Shown here: positions 20,961 to 32,194 of the stretch, piece after piece
Position numbering within the stretch: position 1 is the first letter of the stretch
Layout: every line of letters starts with the position of its first letter
Assembly (NCBI GenBank): GCA_965205025.1
Contig: CBDBFU010000020.1
Span: forward strand, 192,001-256,000
Direction of reading: 5' to 3'
Source of the DNA: Candidatus Poribacteria bacterium
GTDB taxonomy: Bacteria > Poribacteria > WGA-4E > WGA-3G
Length of the DNA stretch: 64,000 nucleotides
Notes under the pieces: generated by a model
What the model saw: only the letters and a program-made list of their open reading frames with translations
Database searches by the model: none
Told to the model about the DNA's origin: nothing
Position numbers and translations under genes: made by a program

Positions 20961-22088
20961 ATGAACGAATTCTATTCAGTCAGTTCTTTAGGTGAAGTCT
21001 ATGTTCCTATAGAATATCGTGAAGCTGTCTTCTCACGTGGTGGAGTGAAACTTTTTACTCAGCACGAATTACATCAACATGATCGGATATTTACACACAT
21101 ACAACGTGGAGGTATTGTAGTCGTTCAAGGATCCTGGGAAAATATTTGTGATGTGATGGATTACATCCAACGACATAAGAACGAGTTAACACCATCAAAT
21201 AATAAGGGAAGATCAAGAGATAAATCTCGGCGAGATAATCCAAAACAGTTACGAGAAGCAATACTTACTCATTTGATGTGCTGGGCAGATAAAGATGGTA
21301 TGTTACAAATTGATCCTACCCCAGATTTACCATATTTACTGGAACTGATTGGGGAAGAGAATGGAGTTAATGAGGATTCGCCTTTTCTTGTACCTGTTAT
21401 AAAAGTTCAACGACTCCAAAAAGCACTTGAAGAATCTTATCCAATTGATGCACTAAATGTATCTCTTCAAGCATCTGAAAATGTGCTTGCTCCACGTTCT
21501 CAAGAAACAATAAACTGCTTCCAAGAAGCCATACAGTATGTAAAAACTAATGCTAAAAATGAGAATCCTATTGTTGCCGAAATAGGGTGTGGCAGCGGGT
21601 GTTTAACTCTATTGGTACAGCAAGAGTTGGGGGAGAAAGCAGAAATATACACATCAGACCTGTTACCGGAGGCAGTGGCAACAACCAAAATTAACGTAGA
21701 ACGACGCCTTCCAAATTCAGAAAATATTCATATTCTTGCAGCTGGAGATTTGTTCGAACCTTATCCATCTAAACAATTCGACATAGTCATTTTCAATGCT
21801 CCATGGGTAGTTTCAAGGGTAAGAAGTAGATCAGAGTTAGCAATACATGATGAAAAACAAATAACTTTAGCACGCTTTTTTGAATACCTTCCTAACTATC
21901 TGAAACCTGATGGAATTCTACTTCTGGGGTATGCAGATGCATCCGGTCCTAAAGCCATATCTAATCTTGAAAAAATAATTGACGAAGCAGGATATGTGTG
22001 TAATGATATTGTAAAGAGAAGAGTTGCAACCCATCGATCAAAGAAAAAATGGGAACACATTCAGGTATATATTCTTAGTAGTGTATAG
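20961..22088 (+). CDS. Class I SAM-dependent methyltransferase (HemK/MTS-like) with an unknown N-terminal domain
   Basis: EIGCGSGCL motif I, GDLFEP, FNAPW (NPPY-like motif IV), LKPDG. Confidence 0.8.
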   Translation: MNEFYSVSSLGEVYVPIEYREAVFSRGGVKLFTQHELHQHDRIFTHIQRGGIVVVQGSWENICDVMDYIQRHKNELTPSNNKGRSRDKSRRDNPKQLREAILTHLMCWADKDGMLQIDPTPDLPYLLELIGEENGVNEDSPFLVPVIKVQRLQKALEESYPIDALNVSLQASENVLAPRSQETINCFQEAIQYVKTNAKNENPIVAEIGCGSGCLTLLVQQELGEKAEIYTSDLLPEAVATTKINVERRLPNSENIHILAAGDLFEPYPSKQFDIVIFNAPWVVSRVRSRSELAIHDEKQITLARFFEYLPNYLKPDGILLLGYADASGPKAISNLEKIIDEAGYVCNDIVKRRVATHRSKKKWEHIQVYILSSV

Positions 22089-22122
22089 AAATTCATGTAG
22101 ATTTTAGTCAATTTTATACTAC

Positions 22123-22245
22123 GGTAGGTTCGGTTTCCTAACTGACCGTTGTTTGCTTAACCCCATTGATGCGGTATGAACGCCTGTAGGCGTTCCCCGG
22201 GTATAAATGCCATTTAGATATTCCCGGTAAACCGCATCTACCGGG
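22123..22245. repeat. REP-like GTAG hairpin cluster between convergent genes
   Basis: GGTAGGTTCGGTTTCCTAACTGACC, palindrome GAACGCCTGTAGGCGTTC and inverted AACCGCATCTACCGGG; same family as GGTAGGTGCGGTTTCCTAACCGCAC at ~56748. Confidence 0.7.
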
Positions 22246-22306
22246 AGTGTATATATGTTTTAGTATTCACTTTATTAACAATTTAAACAATCTTCTACCC
22301 TACATA

Positions 22307-23896
22307 TCAATCATCACCAATTGAAACAGAAGTCCCTTCCTGGAGACGATGTTGTCCATCAACAATAACCTGTTCATTCTGTGGTAAACGCGTACTCACT
22401 TCAATCTCATTACCATACTTACCACCTACGTTTACTTGTTTTAACTTTGCAGTATTTTCTTCAACAACATAGATACTACCTTGACCATTTTGTATATGAA
22501 GAACAGACCTACGTGGGAGCAACTGTACATTTTTTCGTTCACCTGTTTTTATTGAGATAGTAATTGATGTACCTGGCTTTAAAATGCTATTCTGAGCAGA
22601 TGTTTTGGCTGCATCATCATTATTCATTTCTATTGTATTTGGGACTGTTGCATTCACTTCAACAGTATTCTCACCAGGTTTTACAGTAGGACTTAAAAAA
22701 TCAACTGTAGCAACGATATTCTGTATACCAGATGCAGTCGAAATTAGAACCATGTCACCAACATTAATTCTATTGGCATCACTTACTGGTATCATCCATA
22801 CAGCCTTTAAAACATCAACTGCAATTACTGTATAAATAGGTATTCCAGAAGATGCTGCAGACTTTGCAAAATCACCAAGTTCCATATGACGCAGAGAAAC
22901 AACTCCATCAATAGGAGAATTAACGGATGCTTGATTTACTTGTTCACGAGCGAGTTTTAGTTGTTCTTCTGCTTCGTTGACAGCAGATTTTGAAATGGCA
23001 ATTTCACGTTCCCATGATTTTGCATCCACGAGTTTTTGTGTAGCAACAAGGTTTGCTTTGGCTTGTTTAATCTTTGATTCTGCAGCTGCGATTTCACGCT
23101 CCCACCCTTTACTTTCCACAATCTTTTGTGCAATTGACAATTCTGCTCTTGCTTTTTCTACAGCAAGTTGGGCAGTTCCATCATTGAATTGATTCGCTGC
23201 TGCAACCGCTTCTTCATAACGACTCTTTCCAAGTTTATACCTTGTTTCAGATGATTCATAAGCACTATCACTGATTAACTCTTGCTCGTGCAGTGCCTTA
23301 TCTCTTTCATAATCCGATGTAGTTTTTGAAAATTCGGTTTTGGCGCGCTCTAAACCTTGTTCAGAACTAACTCTCGCTCGTTCTAAATTAGATTCTGCAA
23401 CTTTGAGGGTTGATTCTGCTTGTACTAACTGATTTCGGATTCTCATCTCAGAAAGTGATTTTGTCTCTTCATGTTTTGATACTGCCTCTGCTACAGACTC
23501 CTCAGCGGTAACAAGTTGTGTTTCTAAACGGGGTTGGGCATTAGCTTCAGTTGTCGTTAACTGTGCTTTTGCAACACTTAAGGCAACTTCTGCTTTAATC
23601 GCTGCTATATTTGCCTCATGTGCATTAATCTTAGCAAGGATATCGTCCTTTCTTACCTTCTGACCTACAACTGCATTTAGTTCTACTATTTTACCTTGAA
23701 TATTTGCATACACCTTTACTTCAGAACGTGGTTGTAAATGTCCTGTATATTCCTTCTCTGACACAATCGTAACATACCGCGGTTTCTGAACTTGCACCTT
23801 CTCTGACACTTCTGTTTCTTGTGCAATTACACTATAATTTATTATAAGAAAAAAACAGAGTGTGGATAGAAGAACACTGAGAATAAATGCTTTCAA
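22307..23896 (-). CDS. RND/ABC efflux periplasmic adaptor (membrane fusion protein) with a very long helical hairpin
   Basis: Signal/TM segment; lipoyl halves (GKIVELNAVVGQKVRKDDILA and SPIDGVV) separated by ~230 helical residues; C-terminal VIVDGQHRLQEG. Confidence 0.85.
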   Translation of the reverse strand: MKAFILSVLLSTLCFFLIINYSVIAQETEVSEKVQVQKPRYVTIVSEKEYTGHLQPRSEVKVYANIQGKIVELNAVVGQKVRKDDILAKINAHEANIAAIKAEVALSVAKAQLTTTEANAQPRLETQLVTAEESVAEAVSKHEETKSLSEMRIRNQLVQAESTLKVAESNLERARVSSEQGLERAKTEFSKTTSDYERDKALHEQELISDSAYESSETRYKLGKSRYEEAVAAANQFNDGTAQLAVEKARAELSIAQKIVESKGWEREIAAAESKIKQAKANLVATQKLVDAKSWEREIAISKSAVNEAEEQLKLAREQVNQASVNSPIDGVVSLRHMELGDFAKSAASSGIPIYTVIAVDVLKAVWMIPVSDANRINVGDMVLISTASGIQNIVATVDFLSPTVKPGENTVEVNATVPNTIEMNNDDAAKTSAQNSILKPGTSITISIKTGERKNVQLLPRRSVLHIQNGQGSIYVVEENTAKLKQVNVGGKYGNEIEVSTRLPQNEQVIVDGQHRLQEGTSVSIGDD

Positions 23897-23967
23897 TAGT
23901 ATACCCTCCTAACAGAATAGGTTATCATGTGAACAACATTCAAATAGAACTGTTCAATTGATATGCA

Positions 23968-24507
23968 CTATTCAGATTTAAGTTTATCTTTAAATTCTTT
24001 AGTGAACTTTTTTAACTTTGGATGGATAACCAACTGACAATAAGGTTGAGTTGAATTCAGTTGGAAATAATTCTGGTGATAGTCTTCTGCAGGATAAAAG
24101 ACATCAATTTGTGTGATTTCTGTGACAATAGGATCTTGCCATGTATTCGATTTTTCGAGATCGTTTTTTGATTTTTCTGCCATCTTCTGTTGTTCTCCTG
24201 AGTGATAAAAAATGACAGATCGATATTGTGTACCTACATCATTTCCTTGACGATTCAGTGTAGTTGGATCATGTGTTTGCCAGAAGACTTCTAACAACTC
24301 CTCAAATGATATTACCTCAGGATCAAATTCAATTTGAACTACCTCAGCATGTCCAGTCATTCCCATACAGACTGCTTTATAATTAGGATTTACTGTTGTT
24401 CCACCGGTATAACCCGATACCACAGAATGGACACCCTCTAATTGTTGAAAAACAGCTTCTACACACCAAAAACATCCTGCTCCAAATGTTGCAGTTTCAA
24501 TTTTCAT
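23968..24507 (-). CDS. msrA: Peptide-methionine (S)-S-oxide reductase
   Basis: GAGCFWCVE, GHAEVV, HDPTTLNRQGNDVGTQYRS, AEDYHQNY. Confidence 0.97.
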   Translation of the reverse strand: MKIETATFGAGCFWCVEAVFQQLEGVHSVVSGYTGGTTVNPNYKAVCMGMTGHAEVVQIEFDPEVISFEELLEVFWQTHDPTTLNRQGNDVGTQYRSVIFYHSGEQQKMAEKSKNDLEKSNTWQDPIVTEITQIDVFYPAEDYHQNYFQLNSTQPYCQLVIHPKLKKFTKEFKDKLKSE

Positions 24508-24628
24508 TTTTTTATACGGTCAACAACAATGTGAAACCGTTATTCTCCTACATTCTGGATTTATTCTATTTTTCAATGTATAATAACACATCTTGATAGT
24601 ATATACAATATATCTACTAACGCGGATT

Positions 24629-25582
24629 TCAAAGTAGAAACATCTTAATATTCTCATCTGGATTAATAATTTCTTGAATACAAGCTTCCCAATAAATCAC
24701 GGTATATTGTATCAGATCATCAGAACGGTTATCTTGTTTAAGGTAGTCCGAAATCCATTCAATCATTCGTTGTCGTGGTGCAGACCGTACCTCCCCAGTA
24801 TTCTCATCATAAATGATTTCTCGAAAATCATTAAGAGTGTCATTATCAAAATGTAAATCGGGTTGATAGTATAGCGTCAAATTTGACATCAAACATAATG
24901 TAAGAATCAATATAGGATCAATTGCAATATTCAGTGGAGGATCAATAGAGAAAATATCTTCAAGTGGTAATGTATCAACATACTCACGACGTTTTTCTAT
25001 ATAATCTATCTGTTTCTTAATCAACTCAACATCTGCAAGACTGGATAATGGACGTGGTGGGTAATTTTCCTTTAAAATAACATGTGGTCTACTAATAGTG
25101 GAATTATATGAAACTAATTCATCTAAGAATTCTGCTTCTGCATGGTTATAGATCCTAATGTTATCAATGTCAAGATGAGATAGCGATTCTGAAGGCCGTA
25201 TTACAGCATTTTCAAGCAAATCAACTGCACTTGTTATAACTTGATTACTAAGAGTATTCCCAATTTGGTAAAACTTTACTATAGGGTTTGCATTTAGTAG
25301 CCGTACAGCTTTATCTAAATTCCCTTTACTTGCGTATTCTAATCCAAGACTGGTTAATGTAATTCCTGTTTGGGTTTGTTTGCGAAGTTCTGACAGATTG
25401 GATAGGTCAGATACTCTCATTGTAATAAGTTTATGGGCAATTGCACTTATATCCTCGGAGAATTTCTCAATTTTTTCTGAATCAAATTTATCAAGTGTAT
25501 CTCCGTGTTGTAAGGTCTGAGCAAAGAAAGATTGAGCATCAATTACTGTATCCGCTACGAGGGAATATTTACTTGTCTGCAT
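24629..25582 (-). CDS. Hypothetical helical protein, translationally coupled to the upstream DUF6178-like gene
   Basis: Long ORF with no recognised motif; the likely ATG at 25582 (MQTSKY) overlaps the upstream stop. Confidence 0.7.
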   Translation of the reverse strand: MQTSKYSLVADTVIDAQSFFAQTLQHGDTLDKFDSEKIEKFSEDISAIAHKLITMRVSDLSNLSELRKQTQTGITLTSLGLEYASKGNLDKAVRLLNANPIVKFYQIGNTLSNQVITSAVDLLENAVIRPSESLSHLDIDNIRIYNHAEAEFLDELVSYNSTISRPHVILKENYPPRPLSSLADVELIKKQIDYIEKRREYVDTLPLEDIFSIDPPLNIAIDPILILTLCLMSNLTLYYQPDLHFDNDTLNDFREIIYDENTGEVRSAPRQRMIEWISDYLKQDNRSDDLIQYTVIYWEACIQEIINPDENIKMFLL

Positions 25583-26372
25583 TCTCTTCAACTTCCTCAG
25601 AAAGTTCAAGCGAATCCAAATCAACTTCTTCTCTTAGATCTGATTCAGTAACAGTGATTCCAGCTTTAGTATCGCGTTCTTTTACCCGTTCCTCTCTCTC
25701 AGCAGTTGCCTCTTCTAATGCAGTAGTTAACTTACTGTCTACATCACCTTCTTTGTCAATACCAAACATATCACGTAGGAGTTGGTGGAAAATCTCATGA
25801 TCCGCTTCCCAAATTGCATTTAGGATTCTTTTTGCTTGATCATCTTTACATTCTAATGCAGGATTACTCGGATCAATAACTTTCTCCTCAATCATTAATG
25901 CAGCTAAATTGCCTTTTAATTTAACACGCTTTTTTAATAGACCAGCAAGAATTCTTAAATCCAATCGTCCAAGAAAACGACTCAAGTCATCTCGTTCACA
26001 TTCTGATAACTCAAAGAGCCATAAACTAAGTGACCTTTCATTAATTTTTCCATCTTTCCATATAGCAATATCTATCAGTTCTTCAAATTGTTGATTAGAT
26101 AGACATGGTAATAGACCACATGCCAGTCCTGTTCCCAATAATGTATCTAAAACCTGTAGGACATCTTCTGTTGGACTATCCTGAATTAACTCAGTACAAT
26201 CTGGTACAAGATAATATAATTCTTCACGTAATTTAGGATTTCGGGTCGATCGAATAATTTCAAGTTGGGTATCTTTTGTATAACTTTGAAAGAGTTGTTC
26301 TGCTTGTTTAGTAGGTAGGGATAATAGATTCTTAACTTGTATAGGGGATAGAACAGATTTGGACATATTCAT
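25569..26372 (-). CDS. DUF6178-like hypothetical protein
   Basis: EELYYL...QQFEELIDIAIWKDGKI...WL..L...LD...L...L pattern recalled from the N-terminal part of DUF6178; acidic C-tail. Confidence 0.55.
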   Translation of the reverse strand: MNMSKSVLSPIQVKNLLSLPTKQAEQLFQSYTKDTQLEIIRSTRNPKLREELYYLVPDCTELIQDSPTEDVLQVLDTLLGTGLACGLLPCLSNQQFEELIDIAIWKDGKINERSLSLWLFELSECERDDLSRFLGRLDLRILAGLLKKRVKLKGNLAALMIEEKVIDPSNPALECKDDQAKRILNAIWEADHEIFHQLLRDMFGIDKEGDVDSKLTTALEEATAEREERVKERDTKAGITVTESDLREEVDLDSLELSEEVEENADK

Positions 26373-26496
26373 TCATACCTCTCAAGATGTAGATAACCAG
26401 TATATGAAAAATAACTGTTAGTTTTAAATATTGAACTTAGGAATATTCGAATTCTAATATGAATATAGTTTCTCTTTGGTAATTATGTGAAAGAAA

Positions 26497-27261
26497 TCAA
26501 AAATTATTTCTTACAAAATTCATATTCTTCACAGCCGATCCAATTGGATCATCTTTCCCTGGTGTCTCCAGAACAAACCAACTATCGTAACCAATAGCAT
26601 GTGCTGATTCGAAAACACCTGTGAAGTCAACATCACCTTCACCGGCATGATTCCCACCAGTATCTTTAATATGCATTTGTATGATTGAACTTCCTAAACT
26701 ACGTATTTCTTCTGTCGAGTCATAGCCTAAATTTGTAGCATTACCCATATCATAATAAACACCAACAGATTTTGACCCAACTTGGTCAATGATTTGTTGG
26801 TGTTGTTGTGCATTAAGAGTTGACTCCAATGCAAGACCAACATCATGTTTCTCGGCAGTCTCTGCGGCGGTCTTTAGACCATCCAGAAAACGTGAATCAG
26901 TAATATGTTCATCTTTAATTTCTCCACCACCAAAAAAGGGGACAAGGATGACATTTGTTCCTAATTTTGGACAGACTTCAGCAAGAAATTGTAATTTCGC
27001 AATCCCTTCAGTTCTTATGCTGTCTGTTGGATGCATAAATGAAAATGCAGTAAAACCCCCTGGAGATAAAGATGATACCTCTATTCCTGCCTTATCAGCA
27101 AGCATATTAACAGTTTCAATCCCATCTTCTTGCCAGAGTATATGTTCACGATAGTTGACACCCATACAGATTTCAACACCATCAAAACCAATGTCTTTTG
27201 CTTTTTGAAACTTATCGTTGAACGGAACAGGTAACATCCCGTCACGAATTCCTACTTTCAT
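26497..27261 (-). CDS. Sugar phosphate isomerase/epimerase (xylose-isomerase-like TIM barrel)
   Basis: IGFDGVE, LALEST, YYDMGN, MHIKD, GEGDVDF, VLET. Confidence 0.9.
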   Translation of the reverse strand: MKVGIRDGMLPVPFNDKFQKAKDIGFDGVEICMGVNYREHILWQEDGIETVNMLADKAGIEVSSLSPGGFTAFSFMHPTDSIRTEGIAKLQFLAEVCPKLGTNVILVPFFGGGEIKDEHITDSRFLDGLKTAAETAEKHDVGLALESTLNAQQHQQIIDQVGSKSVGVYYDMGNATNLGYDSTEEIRSLGSSIIQMHIKDTGGNHAGEGDVDFTGVFESAHAIGYDSWFVLETPGKDDPIGSAVKNMNFVRNNF

Positions 27262-27448
27262 ATTTCCCTCCTGTTGCTTCTGAATTTTAACATGTTATAT
27301 TCTGTTTTTCAAATTGAATTCTATCGAAAATGTTTATATATTAAGATATTACGATAGACAATCTGAAATCAGTTCCTGAATAATCCTCTACCCTAATTGT
27401 TGAATTGGTTGGGAAAGAGCACATATCGGATGAGGAATAAATCAAGTG

Positions 27449-27595
27449 TAACGTCAGTTTGATAATAAAAAAAATGTCAGTTCGATAAACAGAATTTTGT
27501 CCTGAAGATAGTCTTGTAGCACAAACTTTCCAGATTGTGCACTCTGGTGTTAACTAAAAGTTCGGGTTACAATGCTTTTTATCAAACTCACGTAA
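27449..27595. mobile_element. MITE-like element, copy 2 (same TIR, different REP-like interior)
   Basis: TAACGTCAGTTTGATAA...TTATCAAACTCACGTAA; internal GTAGCACAAACTTTCCAGATTGTGC hairpin; AAGTGTA directly repeated at 27444-27450 and 27594-27600. Confidence 0.7.
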
Positions 27596-27655
27596 GTGTA
27601 ATGAAATTATGGAAAAATTAGTTAACTAAAGTGTTATACTATGACATGTCCAAAC

Positions 27656-27684
27656 TTGACAATGAAGGATTCTTGTGATAAATT
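27656..27684 (+). promoter_or_regulatory. Putative sigma70 promoter for comF-smc
   Basis: TTGACA-17 bp-TAAATT with TG before the -10. Confidence 0.5.
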
Positions 27685-27730
27685 ATGGTTGACAAGCAAC
27701 TAATAGAAACTAAAGTAATTGAGGCACACT

Positions 27731-28447
27731 ATGATACAACAGTTCTTTGAAACAGCAATTACTTTTCTATTTCCTGCTCAATGTAAAGTTTGTGAAATGG
27801 ATATTGGAATCGAATCAATACCATACCTATGCAAAGGTTGCTGGGATAGTTTAGATATTGTTACTCCACCTTGGTGTGAAATATGTGGTAAACATGATGT
27901 TGATGGTGTTTGTACTATGTGTGCGACTAACCCACCCCGCTATGGCAAACTAAGAACAGTTGCATTCTATGATGCCATACTTCAAAAGATTATTCATCTC
28001 TATAAATTTGAAAAGAGAAGAACTCTTGCCAAACACCTATCTTATATCATGGTTAAACACCGACCAAAGGATTGTGATTTCAATGAGTATGATTACATTC
28101 TCCCGATTCCATTGCATAAAAACAGATTACGTGAACGTGGATTTAACCAATCCGCTCTGATTGCACAAGGAATCAGTAATGAAGTAGGAATTGATATCTG
28201 TACAAATGCATTAGTCCGAAATAAGAATACATCCCCACAAAGCAGTTTAACCAGAGATGCGCGTCAAACCAATATAGTTGGTGCTTTTGGGATAAAGAAT
28301 AGGAATCTGATAAAAGGCAAGCGTATCCTAATCCTTGACGATGTTTTTACAACTGGTGCCACGGTGAATGAAGCAGTAAATATGTTGTGGAATGAAGATC
28401 CAGTGGAAATAGATGTGTTAACTTTGGCAAGGACAGTAAACCCATAA
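27731..28447 (+). CDS. comF: ComF-family zinc ribbon / phosphoribosyltransferase protein
   Basis: Four CxxC pairs, PIPLH..R..ERGFNQS, ILILDDVFTTGAT; GAGG RBS before ATG 27731. Confidence 0.92.
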   Translation: MIQQFFETAITFLFPAQCKVCEMDIGIESIPYLCKGCWDSLDIVTPPWCEICGKHDVDGVCTMCATNPPRYGKLRTVAFYDAILQKIIHLYKFEKRRTLAKHLSYIMVKHRPKDCDFNEYDYILPIPLHKNRLRERGFNQSALIAQGISNEVGIDICTNALVRNKNTSPQSSLTRDARQTNIVGAFGIKNRNLIKGKRILILDDVFTTGATVNEAVNMLWNEDPVEIDVLTLARTVNP

Positions 28448-28570
28448 ATGAAACCATTAACACGGTTGTTTCGTTTAGAATAGAAAGATTTATGTTAAAT
28501 ATACAATAATAAACCGTTAACTTTACGATTTTCTTCTTAGTATACGTTTTATTCTTGTGGAGGTTTCCTT

Positions 28571-31500
28571 TTGCACTTAAATAGCATAAAAATTAGTGGA
28601 TTCAAAAGTTTTGCAGAAACTGTTGAACTGATATTGGAACCTGGAATTACGACTATCGTAGGACCAAATGGATGTGGTAAGAGTAATGTATCAGATGCCA
28701 TTCGTTGGGTACTTGGTCAACAGAGTGCTCGGGCACTACGGTGTACGAATATGCGAGATCTACTTTTCAATGGTGGAACTAATTTTAAGCCTTCTGAGAG
28801 AGCAACTGTAGCCTTATCTTTCACGAATATTGATGAAAATATATCAATTGGATCCCCAGAAGTAGAAGTGCAAAGACAACTTTCCCGTGACGGTGAAAGC
28901 AGTTACCTTATCAATCAAACTCCATGCAGACTTCGTGACATCAGTGAGCTTTTTATGGATACAGGAGTTGGAGTAGACGCATACTCTGTAATGGAACAGA
29001 GTAAAATAGACCTGATTCTTAATGTCCGTGCTGATGAACGTAGATTCTTATTTGATGAGGTGGCAGGGATTACAAAATACAAGCATCGAAAAAAAGAAGC
29101 TATACGAAAATTAGAAGACGCCGAACAGAATTTGGTACGTATCAATGATGTAATTCAGGAATTACAACGTGAAACTGAATCTTTAAAAGCACAAGCTGAA
29201 CAGGCAATACATTACCAATCATTGCAAGAACAACTTCAAGAATTAGAACTGGGTTTAGCTTATCGTGATTATGAGAAAATGGAGACAGATTATCGGGAAA
29301 CACAAGAAAAATTACAAACCATTTTAGTTGAAGTCACTTCTGCCAATAATCAAATACAAGAAGCAGAAGAACGGATCGAGAATGCCTCAATTCGAAGATC
29401 TGAACTGGATACACAGATAGCAGAATCACAAGAGGAAATCAGAAACATTTCCGAACGACTTGAAAAAATAGAACGTCAGATAGTCTTACATAAAGAAAAA
29501 CAACTGAATATTCAGTCCCAAAGACAGAGAGCTGAACAGACACTTGAATCTCTAAAGACACAACAAGCTGGTTTACAATCTCAGAAGAGAGAAAGAATAC
29601 AAGAACAGAATAAACTATCTGCATCATTCAAAATAGAAGAGAGTAGATTTAATGCCCGAAAACAATTATTAGAGGAACTAACTACACGAATCGAAGATAC
29701 AAGAAAGTCTGTTGAAGAGCGGAAGACCATCTTACAAGATACCTCACTTGAACTATCAAAACGTGAGAATTTACGGGTAACTATAGATGAAAAATTATCC
29801 AATTCACAAAGTAATCTGGAACAATTACATGAAAATACAAATTCCACAAAAAATGAATTACAGTCATTTATTGATAAACGTGATGAGATCCAAAGAAATG
29901 CTACAAAGTTAGATGCCGAATTAATTAAAATTGAATCAGAGAAAAAAGAGGTTGAAACAAAACATAACGAAACACAAGATGCTCTTCGAAAGATTGATGC
30001 TGAATTACGCGGGTTACAGGATACTAAGGGTGTAAATGTCTCACGGTATAAATCTTTAGAACAGTTACATTCTGCCTATGAAGGTTATTACACTGGTGTA
30101 AGAGCCATTATGCAAGCAAAAGAACAGTATCCAGATCAGTTTGGAGGTATTTGTGGTGTCGTAGCTGAACTTATCAATACAGATAATGAATTTGAGATTG
30201 CTATAGAAGTTGCTCTTGGTAGTGCTATACAGAATGTTATCGTGGAAACTCGTGAAGATAGTAAGAATGGTATTAACTATCTCAAGAAGAATCGTGCAGG
30301 GATTGTAACTTTTATTCCACTTGACTATATCCAAGGTAGAAGATTTTCTGATGATTCACTTCTTGACCAACCAGGTGTAATAGGAATTGCAAGGGAATTA
30401 GTTGATTACGAAAATCAATATGACCGTGCTGTTCAACATCTTTTAGGAAACACACTTGTCATTGAAGATTTAGACGCAGCAATAGCATTGACTCGAAGAA
30501 GTAGACCCACAGCACGATTGGTAACGTTAGATGGTGAGTTATTCAATACCTATGGAACTATCACCGGAGGACACAACGAACAAAGAAAGACTGGTTTACT
30601 TAATCGTTCACGGGAATTAGATGTTTTAAAAGAAAAGATTGGAGAAATTACAAAACTTTTTAATCAGAAGGATCAATTGAGTAAGTCATACGCTGCAATA
30701 ATTGCTGAAACTCATCAAAAAAGGCAACACCTTGTCGTTGAGGTACAAAACAAACAAATCGAGAAAGCAGGACTTTTAAAAGATATCGATCAAGAAAATC
30801 AGAACATTGAACGTTTGGAAATAGCACTCACAAAGATTCAATCTGAGAATCAAGTACTCCAAGAATCAGTTGATCTTTCCCGCGAAGAACAGAAACAGCT
30901 TGAAATAGAAATTGAAGAATTATCAAAGAAAAAAACACAAACCGAGAGATCTATAAAGACAGTTTCAGAACAAATTAAAAGTGAAATGCGTAAGCATGAT
31001 GAAATGGAATCCCTCTGTCGTGAAAGAGAAATATTCCTTGCTGAACAACGGATAAAGTTGGATAACTTAGAATCTGATATACAGTCATTCGACGATAGAC
31101 ATCTCCAGATAGACAAAGATATACAGGAACAACAATCAATTATTGATTCTGATGACCAATCTAAGAGTGATATTGCTGAACAAATTGAAGAAGCACAACG
31201 TTCATTCCTAAGTATTGGTGCAGATCGAGCAGAGGCTGAAGGTAAGTATGATGAGTTGACTGAAGAACGAGAATCTCTGTTAACTGAAATAGAATCTATA
31301 CAACAAGATATACGTAAAAATCGCAAACAAACTGAAAGGCAAAATAACTCCCGGCGTCAACTTGAAATTAAGACTACCCAATTGGAGATGCAGTTAAAGT
31401 CTATTTCAAAACGCATAATGGATAAATATCAGGTTTCTATTGATGAGATTATAAGACCTACCACTGAAAATGATACTGTCGAATCTTGTGAAGAATCTCC

Positions 31501-32173
31501 CGATACTAACAATACTGAACTCAATGAAATAGATTTAATGGATAAAATTGAGAAACTTAAGGCTGATATATCGGCAATTGGTTCGGTTAACCTAAAGGCT
31601 ATTGAAGCACATGAAGAACATCAAAAACGATTAGACTTTCTTGAATCACAACGCGCAGATGTTCAGCAATCAATCCAATCTACTTATCAAGCAATTCAGA
31701 AGATAAATGAGACCTCACGTGATGTTTTTCTTGAATCATTTCATCAAGTACAAACGAACTTCCAGGAAGTATTTAATCAGTTATTTGAAGGTGGTGAAGC
31801 TGAATTACAATTGACAGATGAAACAAATATACTGGAATCTGGAATTGAGATAATCGCACGTCCTCCCGGAAAACGTCCTCAGAGTATTACACAACTATCA
31901 GGTGGAGAACGATCTTTGGTTGCCATAGGACTACTGTTTGCTGTCTTCAAACTTAAACCCAGTCCATTCTGTGTACTTGACGAAGTCGATGCAGCCCTTG
32001 ATGAAGCAAACGTATTACGTTTCACAAACTTAATCCGAGCTTATGCTGAAAACACGCAGTTCGTAATTATCACACATAATAATAGAACTAAGGAAATTGC
32101 TGATGTGATGTATGGTGTAACAATGGAACAAGCCGGGATGTCCAAAATCATCTCCTACAAGTTTACGGATTAA
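28571..32173 (+). CDS. smc: Chromosome segregation protein SMC
   Basis: [14 protein letters not shown] Walker A, coiled coils, hinge domain, LSGGE signature, LDEVDAALD Walker B, ITHN. Confidence 0.97.
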   Translation: MHLNSIKISGFKSFAETVELILEPGITTIVGPNGCGKSNVSDAIRWVLGQQSARALRCTNMRDLLFNGGTNFKPSERATVALSFTNIDENISIGSPEVEVQRQLSRDGESSYLINQTPCRLRDISELFMDTGVGVDAYSVMEQSKIDLILNVRADERRFLFDEVAGITKYKHRKKEAIRKLEDAEQNLVRINDVIQELQRETESLKAQAEQAIHYQSLQEQLQELELGLAYRDYEKMETDYRETQEKLQTILVEVTSANNQIQEAEERIENASIRRSELDTQIAESQEEIRNISERLEKIERQIVLHKEKQLNIQSQRQRAEQTLESLKTQQAGLQSQKRERIQEQNKLSASFKIEESRFNARKQLLEELTTRIEDTRKSVEERKTILQDTSLELSKRENLRVTIDEKLSNSQSNLEQLHENTNSTKNELQSFIDKRDEIQRNATKLDAELIKIESEKKEVETKHNETQDALRKIDAELRGLQDTKGVNVSRYKSLEQLHSAYEGYYTGVRAIMQAKEQYPDQFGGICGVVAELINTDNEFEIAIEVALGSAIQNVIVETREDSKNGINYLKKNRAGIVTFIPLDYIQGRRFSDDSLLDQPGVIGIARELVDYENQYDRAVQHLLGNTLVIEDLDAAIALTRRSRPTARLVTLDGELFNTYGTITGGHNEQRKTGLLNRSRELDVLKEKIGEITKLFNQKDQLSKSYAAIIAETHQKRQHLVVEVQNKQIEKAGLLKDIDQENQNIERLEIALTKIQSENQVLQESVDLSREEQKQLEIEIEELSKKKTQTERSIKTVSEQIKSEMRKHDEMESLCREREIFLAEQRIKLDNLESDIQSFDDRHLQIDKDIQEQQSIIDSDDQSKSDIAEQIEEAQRSFLSIGADRAEAEGKYDELTEERESLLTEIESIQQDIRKNRKQTERQNNSRRQLEIKTTQLEMQLKSISKRIMDKYQVSIDEIIRPTTENDTVESCEESPDTNNTELNEIDLMDKIEKLKADISAIGSVNLKAIEAHEEHQKRLDFLESQRADVQQSIQSTYQAIQKINETSRDVFLESFHQVQTNFQEVFNQLFEGGEAELQLTDETNILESGIEIIARPPGKRPQSITQLSGGERSLVAIGLLFAVFKLKPSPFCVLDEVDAALDEANVLRFTNLIRAYAENTQFVIITHNNRTKEIADVMYGVTMEQAGMSKIISYKFTD

Positions 32174-32194
32174 TAATTTCCCTTCCTCCAAACA

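Noticed and set aside
28473-28500. dif-like site: exact XerD arm TTATGTTAAAT between comF and smc
   Set aside because: The XerC arm (GTTTAGAATAG) is poor, and an AT-rich 11-mer has an appreciable chance of occurring in a 64-kb AT-rich window. It would need a GC-skew switch at this point to be credible.
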